DNA of 28,658 nt from a virus. Its lineage: Duplodnaviria; Caudoviricetes. Location: positions 1 through 28,658 of the IMG/VR virus record IMGVR_UViG_3300025767_001799. The stretch is one strand, 5' to 3'. Positions 1-8,211 of this stretch are shown piece by piece. Below the pieces are notes generated by a model. It ran no database searches. It was given only the letters and a program-made list of their open reading frames with translations, and was not told where the DNA came from. Position 1 is the stretch's first letter. Each line of letters begins with the position of its first letter. A program made the translations under genes and the position numbers.

Positions 1-1380
1 TACGAGGGTCTAGATATTACTGAAATCTCTCTTGATATGCTTACTAAAAAGATTTCTAATTCTGGTATGTCAACTACTAAAAAGGCAAATAAGATGGATA
101 AAACAAAAAATGATCTTGCTGCAATGAAAGCAAGACTTGCTGGAAAGCCATCTCTTGCAAAAGAAGAAGTTGAGCTTGACGAAAACATTACAAAAATGTC
201 GAATGCTCGTTTAAAATACCATGCTACAAAGGGGTTTCCACACGGTTCTTATTCAAACGCTGAAGTAAAAGATGAGCACAAGCGCCGCATGCGAGTCGAA
301 CCAAACTACCACACGGTTAAGCCTTCTTTGAATGAAGCATATGAAGATAACGAACCTGCTTCACCTGATGAAGCGAGCATGGCACTCAAACAACTTGAGT
401 TTATTGAATATGCTGCAGAAGAAATGATGGATCACATTAAATCCGGTAAAGAATTCCCAGAATGGTTCCAGAATAAACTTTCAAAAGCGCACGGTGAGAT
501 TGAAGGTTTACATTCTTCTATGGGCGAACACGGTGAAGATGAAGAAGTAACTGAATCTGCTGCTATGGGCGCAGTTGCTAAAAAGATGAGTGACGATAGA
601 GCTAGAAACAAAAGCAATAGTAGTTCTAGTTCTTACGGAGGAAAAACAACTAAGTCGGCTGAACCATCAAAAGCATCGTCCTCCGGATCCGGAGGAAGAA
701 AAACTATGACTAAGCTTGAGGCGCATAAGGCACAATTATCCCGCGCCGCTGATCAGCATAATAAAACTGCAGCTCATCATGATAAGAAAAGCGAAAGTAT
801 TTTAGGTAAAATTACCGGATCAAATGCAAAACATAAAGCTGCTGCTGACCTGCATAGACAAGCAGCAACACATCTTAATTCTACTGTGAAAAACTATAAC
901 CAATCAAATCTTACCAAAGCAAAATCAGCCAGTGATGCAGCACACGCATCTACAAAAAAATTAAGTGAATCCCTGGAAGAGCAATCCAATCGCCGCAAAG
1001 GTGCTCCTAAGATGAAAGGTGACTTTGTTGCAATTCAACGCGCAAAAGACGCAGAACTTAACAAAGCCCTTGGTCGTACTAAAACAGGGCGTAAGAAACC
1101 AGTTCGCCAAATGACTTCTACTCAGCGTTCACTTGCTCAACTTCGCCGTGAAGAAACTGAACTCGATGAAGGTATTTCTAACAACATGCGCTTGATTAGT
1201 AAAATCAAAAACTCAGGTGTTGTTAAATCTGGTTCTATGTCCAAAGATACTAAACCGGCTCCTAAAAAAGAAGGTGTAAATACTGCTGATAGGAAACCAG
1301 AAAAGTACATCAAGCCTGATGGTAAGATTGGTATTCGTATGGTTCCAATGGACAAAAATATTGTGGATAAAGATAAGTAA
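1..1380 (+). CDS. Large charged modular protein, probable internal head/virion protein (5'-truncated by window)
   Basis: Frame is open from base 1, so the true start is upstream. Lys/Ser/Ala-rich modules are separated by acidic xxE motifs (EEVELDE, SLNE, EEVTE, LSE, LEE, TELDE) resembling T4 gp21 prohead-protease sites. Confidence 0.55.
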   Translation, partial: YEGLDITEISLDMLTKKISNSGMSTTKKANKMDKTKNDLAAMKARLAGKPSLAKEEVELDENITKMSNARLKYHATKGFPHGSYSNAEVKDEHKRRMRVEPNYHTVKPSLNEAYEDNEPASPDEASMALKQLEFIEYAAEEMMDHIKSGKEFPEWFQNKLSKAHGEIEGLHSSMGEHGEDEEVTESAAMGAVAKKMSDDRARNKSNSSSSSYGGKTTKSAEPSKASSSGSGGRKTMTKLEAHKAQLSRAADQHNKTAAHHDKKSESILGKITGSNAKHKAAADLHRQAATHLNSTVKNYNQSNLTKAKSASDAAHASTKKLSESLEEQSNRRKGAPKMKGDFVAIQRAKDAELNKALGRTKTGRKKPVRQMTSTQRSLAQLRREETELDEGISNNMRLISKIKNSGVVKSGSMSKDTKPAPKKEGVNTADRKPEKYIKPDGKIGIRMVPMDKNIVDKDK

Positions 1381-1386
1381 AATATT

Positions 1387-2781
1387 ATGATTATTACTCG
1401 TGATGTGATTAATAAAAATATTAATTATTATGATTATGGTAGTAATGAATACTATTCATACAAACAATTATCAGTTCGGATAGATTTTTTTAAAAATTTA
1501 CTGTTAGATTTTGGTTGTAAAAAGGGTGAAACTGTATTAATTGGATATGGGGCTGGAATAGATCAAACAGCACTACTTTTCGCTATTTGTGAACTTGGCA
1601 TGGTTATCATTATTAATGATTATAAGATTATAGATGATGATTTGGGGTTTATTGATCCTAAAAGTAAAATGTTAATGCCTATAAATTACTTTTTTGGATA
1701 TGATACTGATGAAGACATCAAGGTCAAATATTTTAAAAAAATATGCGATACCTATATAACATCCAATGAAGTTGAAAAATATAATAATTATTCTAAAAAT
1801 TCTTTAGTTTTATCAAACCCTGATGATGTTATATTGAAATGTACTAGTAGTGGAACTACTGGAACGCCCAAAAAAGTTGAACACACCCACAGGTTTTTAT
1901 ATAATATTTCTAAAAGAAATGCTTTATTTTTTAGTGGAAAGGTAGCTTCAATATGGAATTTAAATCATGGAAGTAGTGTTGCCACATACTTTTTACCAAA
2001 TCTTATGAGTAAAGATGTTAAAGAAGTTATTTCGGCAAATCCACTTGTATTGAAAGAACCTAATTTATGCTATAGTCTATTTGGTGATACTAATCATATG
2101 ATGATTCCATATACGCGCGATTTAATATTAAATATTGCGTTATACAAAATGCCAAATTTAACTTATTATACCTTAAGTTCTATACCATACGAAATAAAAG
2201 GCGCTTTTCAAAATAATAGGTGTAAAGATGTAATTTCGTTTTTCGGATGTAACGAGACTAGTGGCCCAATTTTTATTAATAAAGTTTCTTACACAAACTT
2301 TGATACTGATGCGTATCATTCGTTCGATGATTATTACAAAATAGAAAATTTAAACCCATTAACCGTTAAATTGAGTGAATATAATATAAACATAAATACT
2401 AATGATAATTTTGAGAAATTGACGCAGACTTCTTTTAAATTCAAGGGACGGTCTGATTTATTAAGAATAAACGGAAGACCTATACCTGATAAGTATAATT
2501 TATTAGATTTGGCATTTGAATACGCCTTAGTTTATGATATACTTCGCAATAAAATATATTTGGCCATCTGGCAACAAAACCGGATGATAGCAGATGAAAT
2601 GGAAATAAAAAACTTTGTTGATGACTTAAATGATATTTTGATAAAGAAATCTTATGGAGACCACTATATATCAAAGTTCGATATATTAAATAAAGCGGAT
2701 TTTATTGCCGGAGTTAAATTAGACCAAGAGTTTTTAAGATTCTATTTTAGAGAAAAAGTTAAAGAATATGCTAAATTTTAA
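1387..2781 (+). CDS. AMP-binding (ANL superfamily) adenylate-forming enzyme, acyl-CoA ligase-like
   Basis: P-loop signature TSSGTTGTPK, FGCNETSG (YGxTE-like), and FKGRSDLLRINGR (GRxDD-like). Visibly very AT-rich. Confidence 0.75.
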   Translation: MIITRDVINKNINYYDYGSNEYYSYKQLSVRIDFFKNLLLDFGCKKGETVLIGYGAGIDQTALLFAICELGMVIIINDYKIIDDDLGFIDPKSKMLMPINYFFGYDTDEDIKVKYFKKICDTYITSNEVEKYNNYSKNSLVLSNPDDVILKCTSSGTTGTPKKVEHTHRFLYNISKRNALFFSGKVASIWNLNHGSSVATYFLPNLMSKDVKEVISANPLVLKEPNLCYSLFGDTNHMMIPYTRDLILNIALYKMPNLTYYTLSSIPYEIKGAFQNNRCKDVISFFGCNETSGPIFINKVSYTNFDTDAYHSFDDYYKIENLNPLTVKLSEYNININTNDNFEKLTQTSFKFKGRSDLLRINGRPIPDKYNLLDLAFEYALVYDILRNKIYLAIWQQNRMIADEMEIKNFVDDLNDILIKKSYGDHYISKFDILNKADFIAGVKLDQEFLRFYFREKVKEYAKF

Positions 2782-3058
2782 AGGTTATATAACAGAAAGA
2801 GGCGAAGACTCTAAAGGCCATTTTATCAGCACCGAAAAGGGTGCTGGTATGACAGCCAAAGGAGTTAAGGCTTTTAGGAGTAAAAATCCTGGAAGCAAGC
2901 TTCAAACTGCTGTTACTGGAAAGGTAAAGCCTGGAAGTAAAGACGCAAAACGACGTAAGAGCTTTTGTGCAAGAATGACCGGGATGCCCGGTCCTATGAA
3001 GGATGAAAAAGGTAGACCAACACGTAAAGCAATGTCGTTAAAAAGATGGAAGTGTTAA
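2768..3058 (+). CDS. Conserved T4-like phage small basic protein, probably packaged in the head
   Basis: RRKSFCARM...RWKC motif that I recall from marine T4-like phages. The N-terminus MLNFKGYITE resembles the T4 capsid-targeting sequence. Confidence 0.65.
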   Translation: MLNFKGYITERGEDSKGHFISTEKGAGMTAKGVKAFRSKNPGSKLQTAVTGKVKPGSKDAKRRKSFCARMTGMPGPMKDEKGRPTRKAMSLKRWKC

Positions 3059-3330
3059 TGGCTGACTATAGCAGATTAGATCGGATTGAAGAAAAGATTG
3101 ACAAGTTAAACGATTCTATGGTTACTATTGCCAGAACAGAAGAAAAACTTGTGAATATTGAGCAAAAATATTCTGCTCAATATGATCGCATGAACAAGTT
3201 TTCTGAAAAACTTGATGCTCTTGAAAAGCTTACATCTGAAAATTCTCAGACGGTAAATACTATTAATAAACTCTTTTGGGTTGCACTAATTGCAGTGGTT
3301 GGTGCCATTGCCACTAACCTCTTAATGTAA
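3058..3330 (+). CDS. Coiled-coil protein with C-terminal transmembrane helix (XhlA/holin-like architecture)
   Basis: RLDRIEEKIDKL heptads and a C-terminal hydrophobic segment LFWVALIAVVGAIA. ATG at 3058 overlaps the upstream TAA. Confidence 0.55.
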   Translation: MADYSRLDRIEEKIDKLNDSMVTIARTEEKLVNIEQKYSAQYDRMNKFSEKLDALEKLTSENSQTVNTINKLFWVALIAVVGAIATNLLM

Positions 3331-3341
3331 GGAAACAAAAA

Positions 3342-4430
3342 ATGAACTATAAAGATATCTTAGCAATGGGTGAGGCATATAAGAAAGTTGCTGAAGCCGG
3401 TTGCAAAACTCCTAAAAAAGAAGCTATGGATCCAGTGAATGCCAAAGAACTTAAAGGCAAACACAAAGATCGTAAAGACAAAGACATTGACAATGATGGC
3501 GATGTTGATAAGTCTGATGAGTATCTTCACAAGCGCCGTAAAGCTGTTTCTAAAGCCATTAAAGGTAAAGGAACCGAGACTGAAGTTCAAACACAAGAAG
3601 CAGTTGAAGATATGGACGAAGGTTCAATCAAAGGATCTGGCACCGATCGTAAAGCAGTTCTTAAAAAAGCTTATCGTTCAGGCGAACAAAAAACTCGTGA
3701 TTTTTACAAAGGTACAATTACCCCAGCTCCTAAAACTAGTGATAAAGGAATTAAAAAGGCATTTGACAAAGGCACTGGATCAAATGATGGTAGCTCGGCA
3801 GCAAAAGGTGCCGCCCGTTCTACGTCCCAAGATACATTACGTGGAACAGAACATGGTAGATCAGAACCTTCGAATTCTGGTAAAACACACTATAAAACCC
3901 AAACTCATAGTAGTAAAATGAGTTCCATCCGTAACGCCAAAAAGGGTAAATTGCCTGAGTCTATTGGAATGGACGAAGCTAAAGATCATGGCAACATGAA
4001 CAACGGTTCTCCTTCAGGTGAAGGTCTTTCTCCTTCTGCAAAGAAAGAGCTTGCTAACAAAACGCCTATGAATCCAGCAACTGATGAATTAGCTACAAAT
4101 GCTCTTAACTTTAAGACCTTTAAAGCTATGACTAAAAAAGCAGCTATGCGTTCAAATGATAATGCCGCTGGTGATAAAAAAGCTATTGCATCTGCAACAT
4201 CAGTTAAAGAAGGTGCAACTGGCATGAATAAGCGTCATACTGTTGAAATTGATCACGATCACGAGCATGATCCCGATGCTAAAAAGCACAATATCCAGCT
4301 GGATCTTATCGGCAGTGGACCCTCGCGAGGGGCCCATGCAAGCGGTAAGAAAAAGGATCTTCAAAAGTATTTAGCTATACATTACGGGGGACGTGAACAT
4401 GCAAAAGAAGTTCATCCTGAAGTACATTAA
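3342..4430 (+). CDS. Modular charged virion/internal head protein
   Basis: Good SD (AAGGA). EF-hand-like DIDNDGDVDKSDEY motif. Repeated xxE junctions (MDE twice, VKE, LPE). Confidence 0.55.
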   Translation: MNYKDILAMGEAYKKVAEAGCKTPKKEAMDPVNAKELKGKHKDRKDKDIDNDGDVDKSDEYLHKRRKAVSKAIKGKGTETEVQTQEAVEDMDEGSIKGSGTDRKAVLKKAYRSGEQKTRDFYKGTITPAPKTSDKGIKKAFDKGTGSNDGSSAAKGAARSTSQDTLRGTEHGRSEPSNSGKTHYKTQTHSSKMSSIRNAKKGKLPESIGMDEAKDHGNMNNGSPSGEGLSPSAKKELANKTPMNPATDELATNALNFKTFKAMTKKAAMRSNDNAAGDKKAIASATSVKEGATGMNKRHTVEIDHDHEHDPDAKKHNIQLDLIGSGPSRGAHASGKKKDLQKYLAIHYGGREHAKEVHPEVH

Positions 4431-4477
4431 ACTGTTATGTCTGTAGATAAAACTCCCCTAAAAACAGGAAAATAATA

Positions 4478-4792
4478 ATGACTATTACACCTCCAGCATT
4501 TCAAAAAGACGCTGTCCCTTCATTGAAGGGATGGCATCACCCTAAGACTAATGAGCTTCTAAAATCCCAAAGAATTAGTCAGGCAGAGATTGACGAATTC
4601 AATGGCGTTTTAGTTGAACCAGAAGCTGAAGAAGAAATTGTTATAGATAGTACTAATGACATCCCTGATGAACTAGAAGCTATGACTAAGCGAGAGCTAG
4701 AAGCATATGCACGTGAGCATGGTGTAGAACTTGACCGTAGATTATCAAGAAAAAAACTATTAAACGAAGTATTTTCATTAGTAAAAAGATAA
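4478..4792 (+). CDS. Hypothetical protein with C-terminal HeH/Rho_N-like helical domain
   Basis: C-terminal LEAMTKRELEAYAREHGVELDRRLSRKKLL pattern. SD AGGA. Confidence 0.55.
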   Translation: MTITPPAFQKDAVPSLKGWHHPKTNELLKSQRISQAEIDEFNGVLVEPEAEEEIVIDSTNDIPDELEAMTKRELEAYAREHGVELDRRLSRKKLLNEVFSLVKR

Positions 4793-4796
4793 TTAA

Positions 4797-5168
4797 ATGA
4801 ATCATGATGATGATTTACTAGAAGAAGATCTGGTAATATTTGCAGCGAAACACTATTACTCGCCTTTAGGTAAAATCGACCCTGAAGAGTTTTATGCGGA
4901 TTTGAAAAGATTTAAATATATCAAGCGCCTTGTTAATAGGCATTTGGAAACTGGTGTGTTAGCCGACCGCTTGATATTAAACCATCTTATAGTCATTTTC
5001 AATGTATTTGGAAACTATGGCGCTATTAGGATTTTAGGTTTAAAGCTTACCGATGAGCAATGGACTGTAGTTAAGCCGTTTCTCCAGTTTTTGAAATATG
5101 TTCGTGATAACCAACTATCTGACATTGAATCGGATCAGATAGTAGTAGATAAACTTAAGAGGATATAA
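4797..5168 (+). CDS. Conserved T4-like phage hypothetical protein
   Basis: EFYADLKRFKYIKRL...RLILNHLIV motif that I recall from T4-like myoviruses. Tight gene packing. Confidence 0.65.
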   Translation: MNHDDDLLEEDLVIFAAKHYYSPLGKIDPEEFYADLKRFKYIKRLVNRHLETGVLADRLILNHLIVIFNVFGNYGAIRILGLKLTDEQWTVVKPFLQFLKYVRDNQLSDIESDQIVVDKLKRI

Positions 5169-5764
5169 TGGGTATTATCAAACGCGCCGGTGATTTAGTC
5201 TATACATTTAGATTTCTCACATTGCTCACTACACCATTCGATAAAACGAAAGCGTTTGAAGCTGGTATTATTGATGCTGATGGTAAACGCAACAAGCAAT
5301 TTAATACAAATACCATGGAAGACCGTGAAGCGTATAAGAACTTTTATACTCCTTTCCATAGACTTGTATTTAATGTAAAACGTCTTATGGCAAAGGCTCC
5401 TGGTGGAAGCAGTAGTATCGCTTCATATGCTGCCGGCTTATATCTTATTAAAGAAAACTATAGTGTATCAGAGAAAAAGATCCTTAAAGGTCTTGCTGAT
5501 ATTGGTATTGATTCAGCAGATTTACTTGCAGAAGAAAATCAGTGGTTTGTATTAGAAAATAATCAGTTATCACCTGGCGTCTATATTTTAAAGAATGAAA
5601 AAATCATTGATAATGTCGATATAATGGTTGCCAAAGGATCTAAAGTTAAAGTCGCTGAAGATTCTTTCCCAGTTGGTGATATTTTTGGAATGAATATTTA
5701 TGAAGCGACTCATATTAGAACAAATAAAAAAGTGTACATTACTTCATCGGAGATTGTTAGATGA
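5168..5764 (+). CDS. Conserved T4-like phage hypothetical protein
   Basis: YTFRFL...GIID..G...YTPFHRLVFNVKR motif. Stop/start overlaps on both sides. Confidence 0.65.
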   Translation: MGIIKRAGDLVYTFRFLTLLTTPFDKTKAFEAGIIDADGKRNKQFNTNTMEDREAYKNFYTPFHRLVFNVKRLMAKAPGGSSSIASYAAGLYLIKENYSVSEKKILKGLADIGIDSADLLAEENQWFVLENNQLSPGVYILKNEKIIDNVDIMVAKGSKVKVAEDSFPVGDIFGMNIYEATHIRTNKKVYITSSEIVR

Positions 5765-6342
5765 AACCAGAATGGAAAAGGGCTGGACGAAACGGCGAAT
5801 TAGAAATTAAATTTCCTACAGGGCGCCGTTTTAAAGTAGAAAAACATCTGGACGAGAATGAGCGGCATAAAGGTGAATGGAAAGTTATGGAATATAAAAC
5901 CGGTGGTTGGGTAGATGACTGGGAATGGATTGACACATATAAGCCAAAAGGTTTTGCTAAACAAAAAGCCATGCAGTTAGGTCAATATGATAAAAAGGGA
6001 AAAAAAGTAGCTGATTATTCTTCTACTTTCCAATATGAATCAGTATCTTATGAGTGTCAAAACTGTGCAGAATATGGCTCTGAGTTATGTAAAGATTGCC
6101 TTAATGAAAAAGAAATAGAAAACGAGCATCCTAACTGCGGTACTCCTGATTGCTGCGGCGAATGTGAAACTGCTAATGTAACAGAAGAACTTGGTATGAC
6201 TACGGCATCTGCAGGCATTCCACAGGATACAAAAGACATGGGACCTCGTTTCAAAGCACACAATGTCACTGACAGACGCCGCAGAAAAGACAAGTCGCCA
6301 GTTGTTCTAAAAAGATTTAGAAAGTATATGGAAGAAAAATAA
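5761..6342 (+). CDS. Hypothetical modular protein with Cys-rich segments
   Basis: ORF coupled to both neighbours. Contains CQNC...CKDC and HPNCGTPDCCGEC clusters. Confidence 0.6.
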   Translation: MKPEWKRAGRNGELEIKFPTGRRFKVEKHLDENERHKGEWKVMEYKTGGWVDDWEWIDTYKPKGFAKQKAMQLGQYDKKGKKVADYSSTFQYESVSYECQNCAEYGSELCKDCLNEKEIENEHPNCGTPDCCGECETANVTEELGMTTASAGIPQDTKDMGPRFKAHNVTDRRRRKDKSPVVLKRFRKYMEEK

Positions 6343-6749
6343 TGCTTAAGATTTATATTTTTCTAGCAGTATTGGCAGTATTTGGTGGTATAGGTTACGG
6401 TGCATACGCATACTATACTAGCACTCAGGCAACTATTGCATTATTAAGAGAAAACAACACAAAGCTTGTTATTGCTGCAGAAACACTACAAGATACTATT
6501 GATCAAATGGAAGCGAACCAAGCTCGAAATGAAGAACTTAATAAAGAGTTATCTTCTGCTCTTCAGAAAGCTGAAGGTAAACTTGACGGACTTCGTAAAC
6601 GTTTTAGTCAAATTGATATTGTTCGTGAAGCTCAAGCTGAACCAGACAAAATGGCAGAGAGAATCAATCGTGCCGTTGATAGACTTAGAGAGGAATTGAT
6701 GAATGAAACATCTACTGTGGATAGTTCCAGCAACACTGATTCTGAGTAG
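6342..6749 (+). CDS. Inner-membrane spanin (Rz-like)
   Basis: N-terminal TM helix followed by a long coiled coil. Overlaps the downstream lipoprotein gene. Confidence 0.7.
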   Translation: MLKIYIFLAVLAVFGGIGYGAYAYYTSTQATIALLRENNTKLVIAAETLQDTIDQMEANQARNEELNKELSSALQKAEGKLDGLRKRFSQIDIVREAQAEPDKMAERINRAVDRLREELMNETSTVDSSSNTDSE

Positions 6750-7065
6750 TTGCGGTGCTGGGTCTATTGACGAAAAGATCGTAACGCAAACAAAATACAC
6801 AAAGCAAAATATTCAGATTCAAGAGAGACCTAAACCTGTTGACTTTCCTGATACTGAATGGTTTGTGGTATCAGAAGAAAACTTTGATGAAGCCATGAAG
6901 AAAATTGAAGAACATGGCGGATCAGTTACCTTTATGGCTATTACGCCTAAGGGTTATGAAAACCTATCTATCGGAGTCGGCGAACTTCGAAGATATATCC
7001 TTCAACAGAAGGAAATTATTGCTTACTATGAAAAAGCAATAGAAGGCCCTACCCCTAAAAAATAA
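6703..7065 (+). CDS. Outer-membrane lipoprotein spanin (Rz1-like)
   Basis: Signal peptide with lipobox LILSS-C and a Pro-rich RPKPVDFP segment. 47-nt overlap with the i-spanin. Confidence 0.7.
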   Translation: MKHLLWIVPATLILSSCGAGSIDEKIVTQTKYTKQNIQIQERPKPVDFPDTEWFVVSEENFDEAMKKIEEHGGSVTFMAITPKGYENLSIGVGELRRYILQQKEIIAYYEKAIEGPTPKK

Positions 7066-7080
7066 TACAATATGTAGTAA
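7065..7080 (+). promoter_or_regulatory. NrdR-box-like site
   Basis: ATACAATATGTAGTAA matches the CWAYATRTWG core of the NrdR operator and lies upstream of nrdB. Confidence 0.5.
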
Positions 7081-7087
7081 CATTTTA

Positions 7088-7139
7088 TCTGGTTTCTGTA
7101 ATAAACGCGGTTTACAGAAACCAGAAAGCAATATATAAT
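7088..7139 (+). promoter_or_regulatory. sigma70-type promoter for nrdBA overlapping a 14-bp inverted repeat
   Basis: TTTACA (7111-7116), 17-bp spacer, TATAAT (7134-7139). Inverted repeat TCTGGTTTCTGTAA (7088-7101) / TTACAGAAACCAGA (7112-7125). Confidence 0.65.
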
Positions 7140-7232
7140 ACTACCAATTGAGTAATCATAGACAATTTAAAACGTTTCAGAATAGCAATATTCTGAGGGG
7201 TCGCCTTATTCGCTTTGCTGCAGGAGAAACAG

Positions 7233-8201
7233 ATGCTATTCGAAGAACAAATTTCCAGAAAACCAAATCACTATCCATGGACTAATGACTTTATTGAGGC
7301 CATTTGGAGTGGCTTTTGGACGCCTGAAGAGTTTAATTTTACATCAGACTATTCTAATTTTAAGACCGAAATGAATGCTCAAGAGAGGCAAATTCTAATC
7401 CGCACGCTTTCTGCTATTGGCCAGATTGAAGTAGCAGTCAAAACTTTCTGGTCTAATCTAGGTGATAACTTGCCACATCCAGCTCTTCGTGATCTCGGTT
7501 ATGCGATGGGCAACTCAGAAGTTATTCATAATATGGCATATGAGAAACTCCTAGAAGTTCTACAATTAAATGATATCTTTGAAGAAAACCTAAAAGATCC
7601 GGTTGTATCAGGCCGTGTAGAATATTTGCGCAAGTATCTTTCAAAGGTTTACAAAGACGATAAAAAGCAGTATATTTACGCTATTACACTGTTTACACTA
7701 TTCGTTGAAAATGTATCATTGTTCTCACAGTTCTATATCATTCTTCATATGAATAAGAATAAAGGTATTCTCAAAGATACAGCACAGCAAGTAAAGTATA
7801 CGCGTAACGAAGAAATGTTGCATGCTCAAGTTGGTATTAAACTTATCAATACAATGCGTCAAGAATACCCAGAGCTTTTTGATGCTGAAATGGAAGAGCG
7901 TATTGCTCATGAGTGTGAAGAGTCTATTCGTTGCGAATCAGAAGTAATCCGTTGGATTATGGGCGATTACGAAGAAAAAGGTTTGAACTCAGATATTCTT
8001 GTCGAGTTCATTAAAAAACGTATGGTTGAGTCACTAGAGCAAATTGGCTTTAATCATAACATTACGTACGACGAACATCTGATTAAGGAAACCAAGTGGT
8101 TTGACGAGGGTTTATACGGAACCAACATGGTTGACTTTTTCAATGGCAGACCAGTAGACTATGCCCGTGGTCAAGGCATCTCAGCAGACGATTTATTTTA
8201 A
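7233..8201 (+). CDS. nrdB: Ribonucleotide reductase beta subunit, class Id-like (NrdBi)
   Basis: FWTPEE, AIGQIEVAVKTFW, EVIHNMAY, ENVSLFSQF and EEMLH ferritin-like ligands, with a C-terminal DFF...DY. SD CAGGAG before ATG 7233. Confidence 0.92.
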   Translation: MLFEEQISRKPNHYPWTNDFIEAIWSGFWTPEEFNFTSDYSNFKTEMNAQERQILIRTLSAIGQIEVAVKTFWSNLGDNLPHPALRDLGYAMGNSEVIHNMAYEKLLEVLQLNDIFEENLKDPVVSGRVEYLRKYLSKVYKDDKKQYIYAITLFTLFVENVSLFSQFYIILHMNKNKGILKDTAQQVKYTRNEEMLHAQVGIKLINTMRQEYPELFDAEMEERIAHECEESIRCESEVIRWIMGDYEEKGLNSDILVEFIKKRMVESLEQIGFNHNITYDEHLIKETKWFDEGLYGTNMVDFFNGRPVDYARGQGISADDLF

Positions 8202-8211
8202 GGAAACATAA

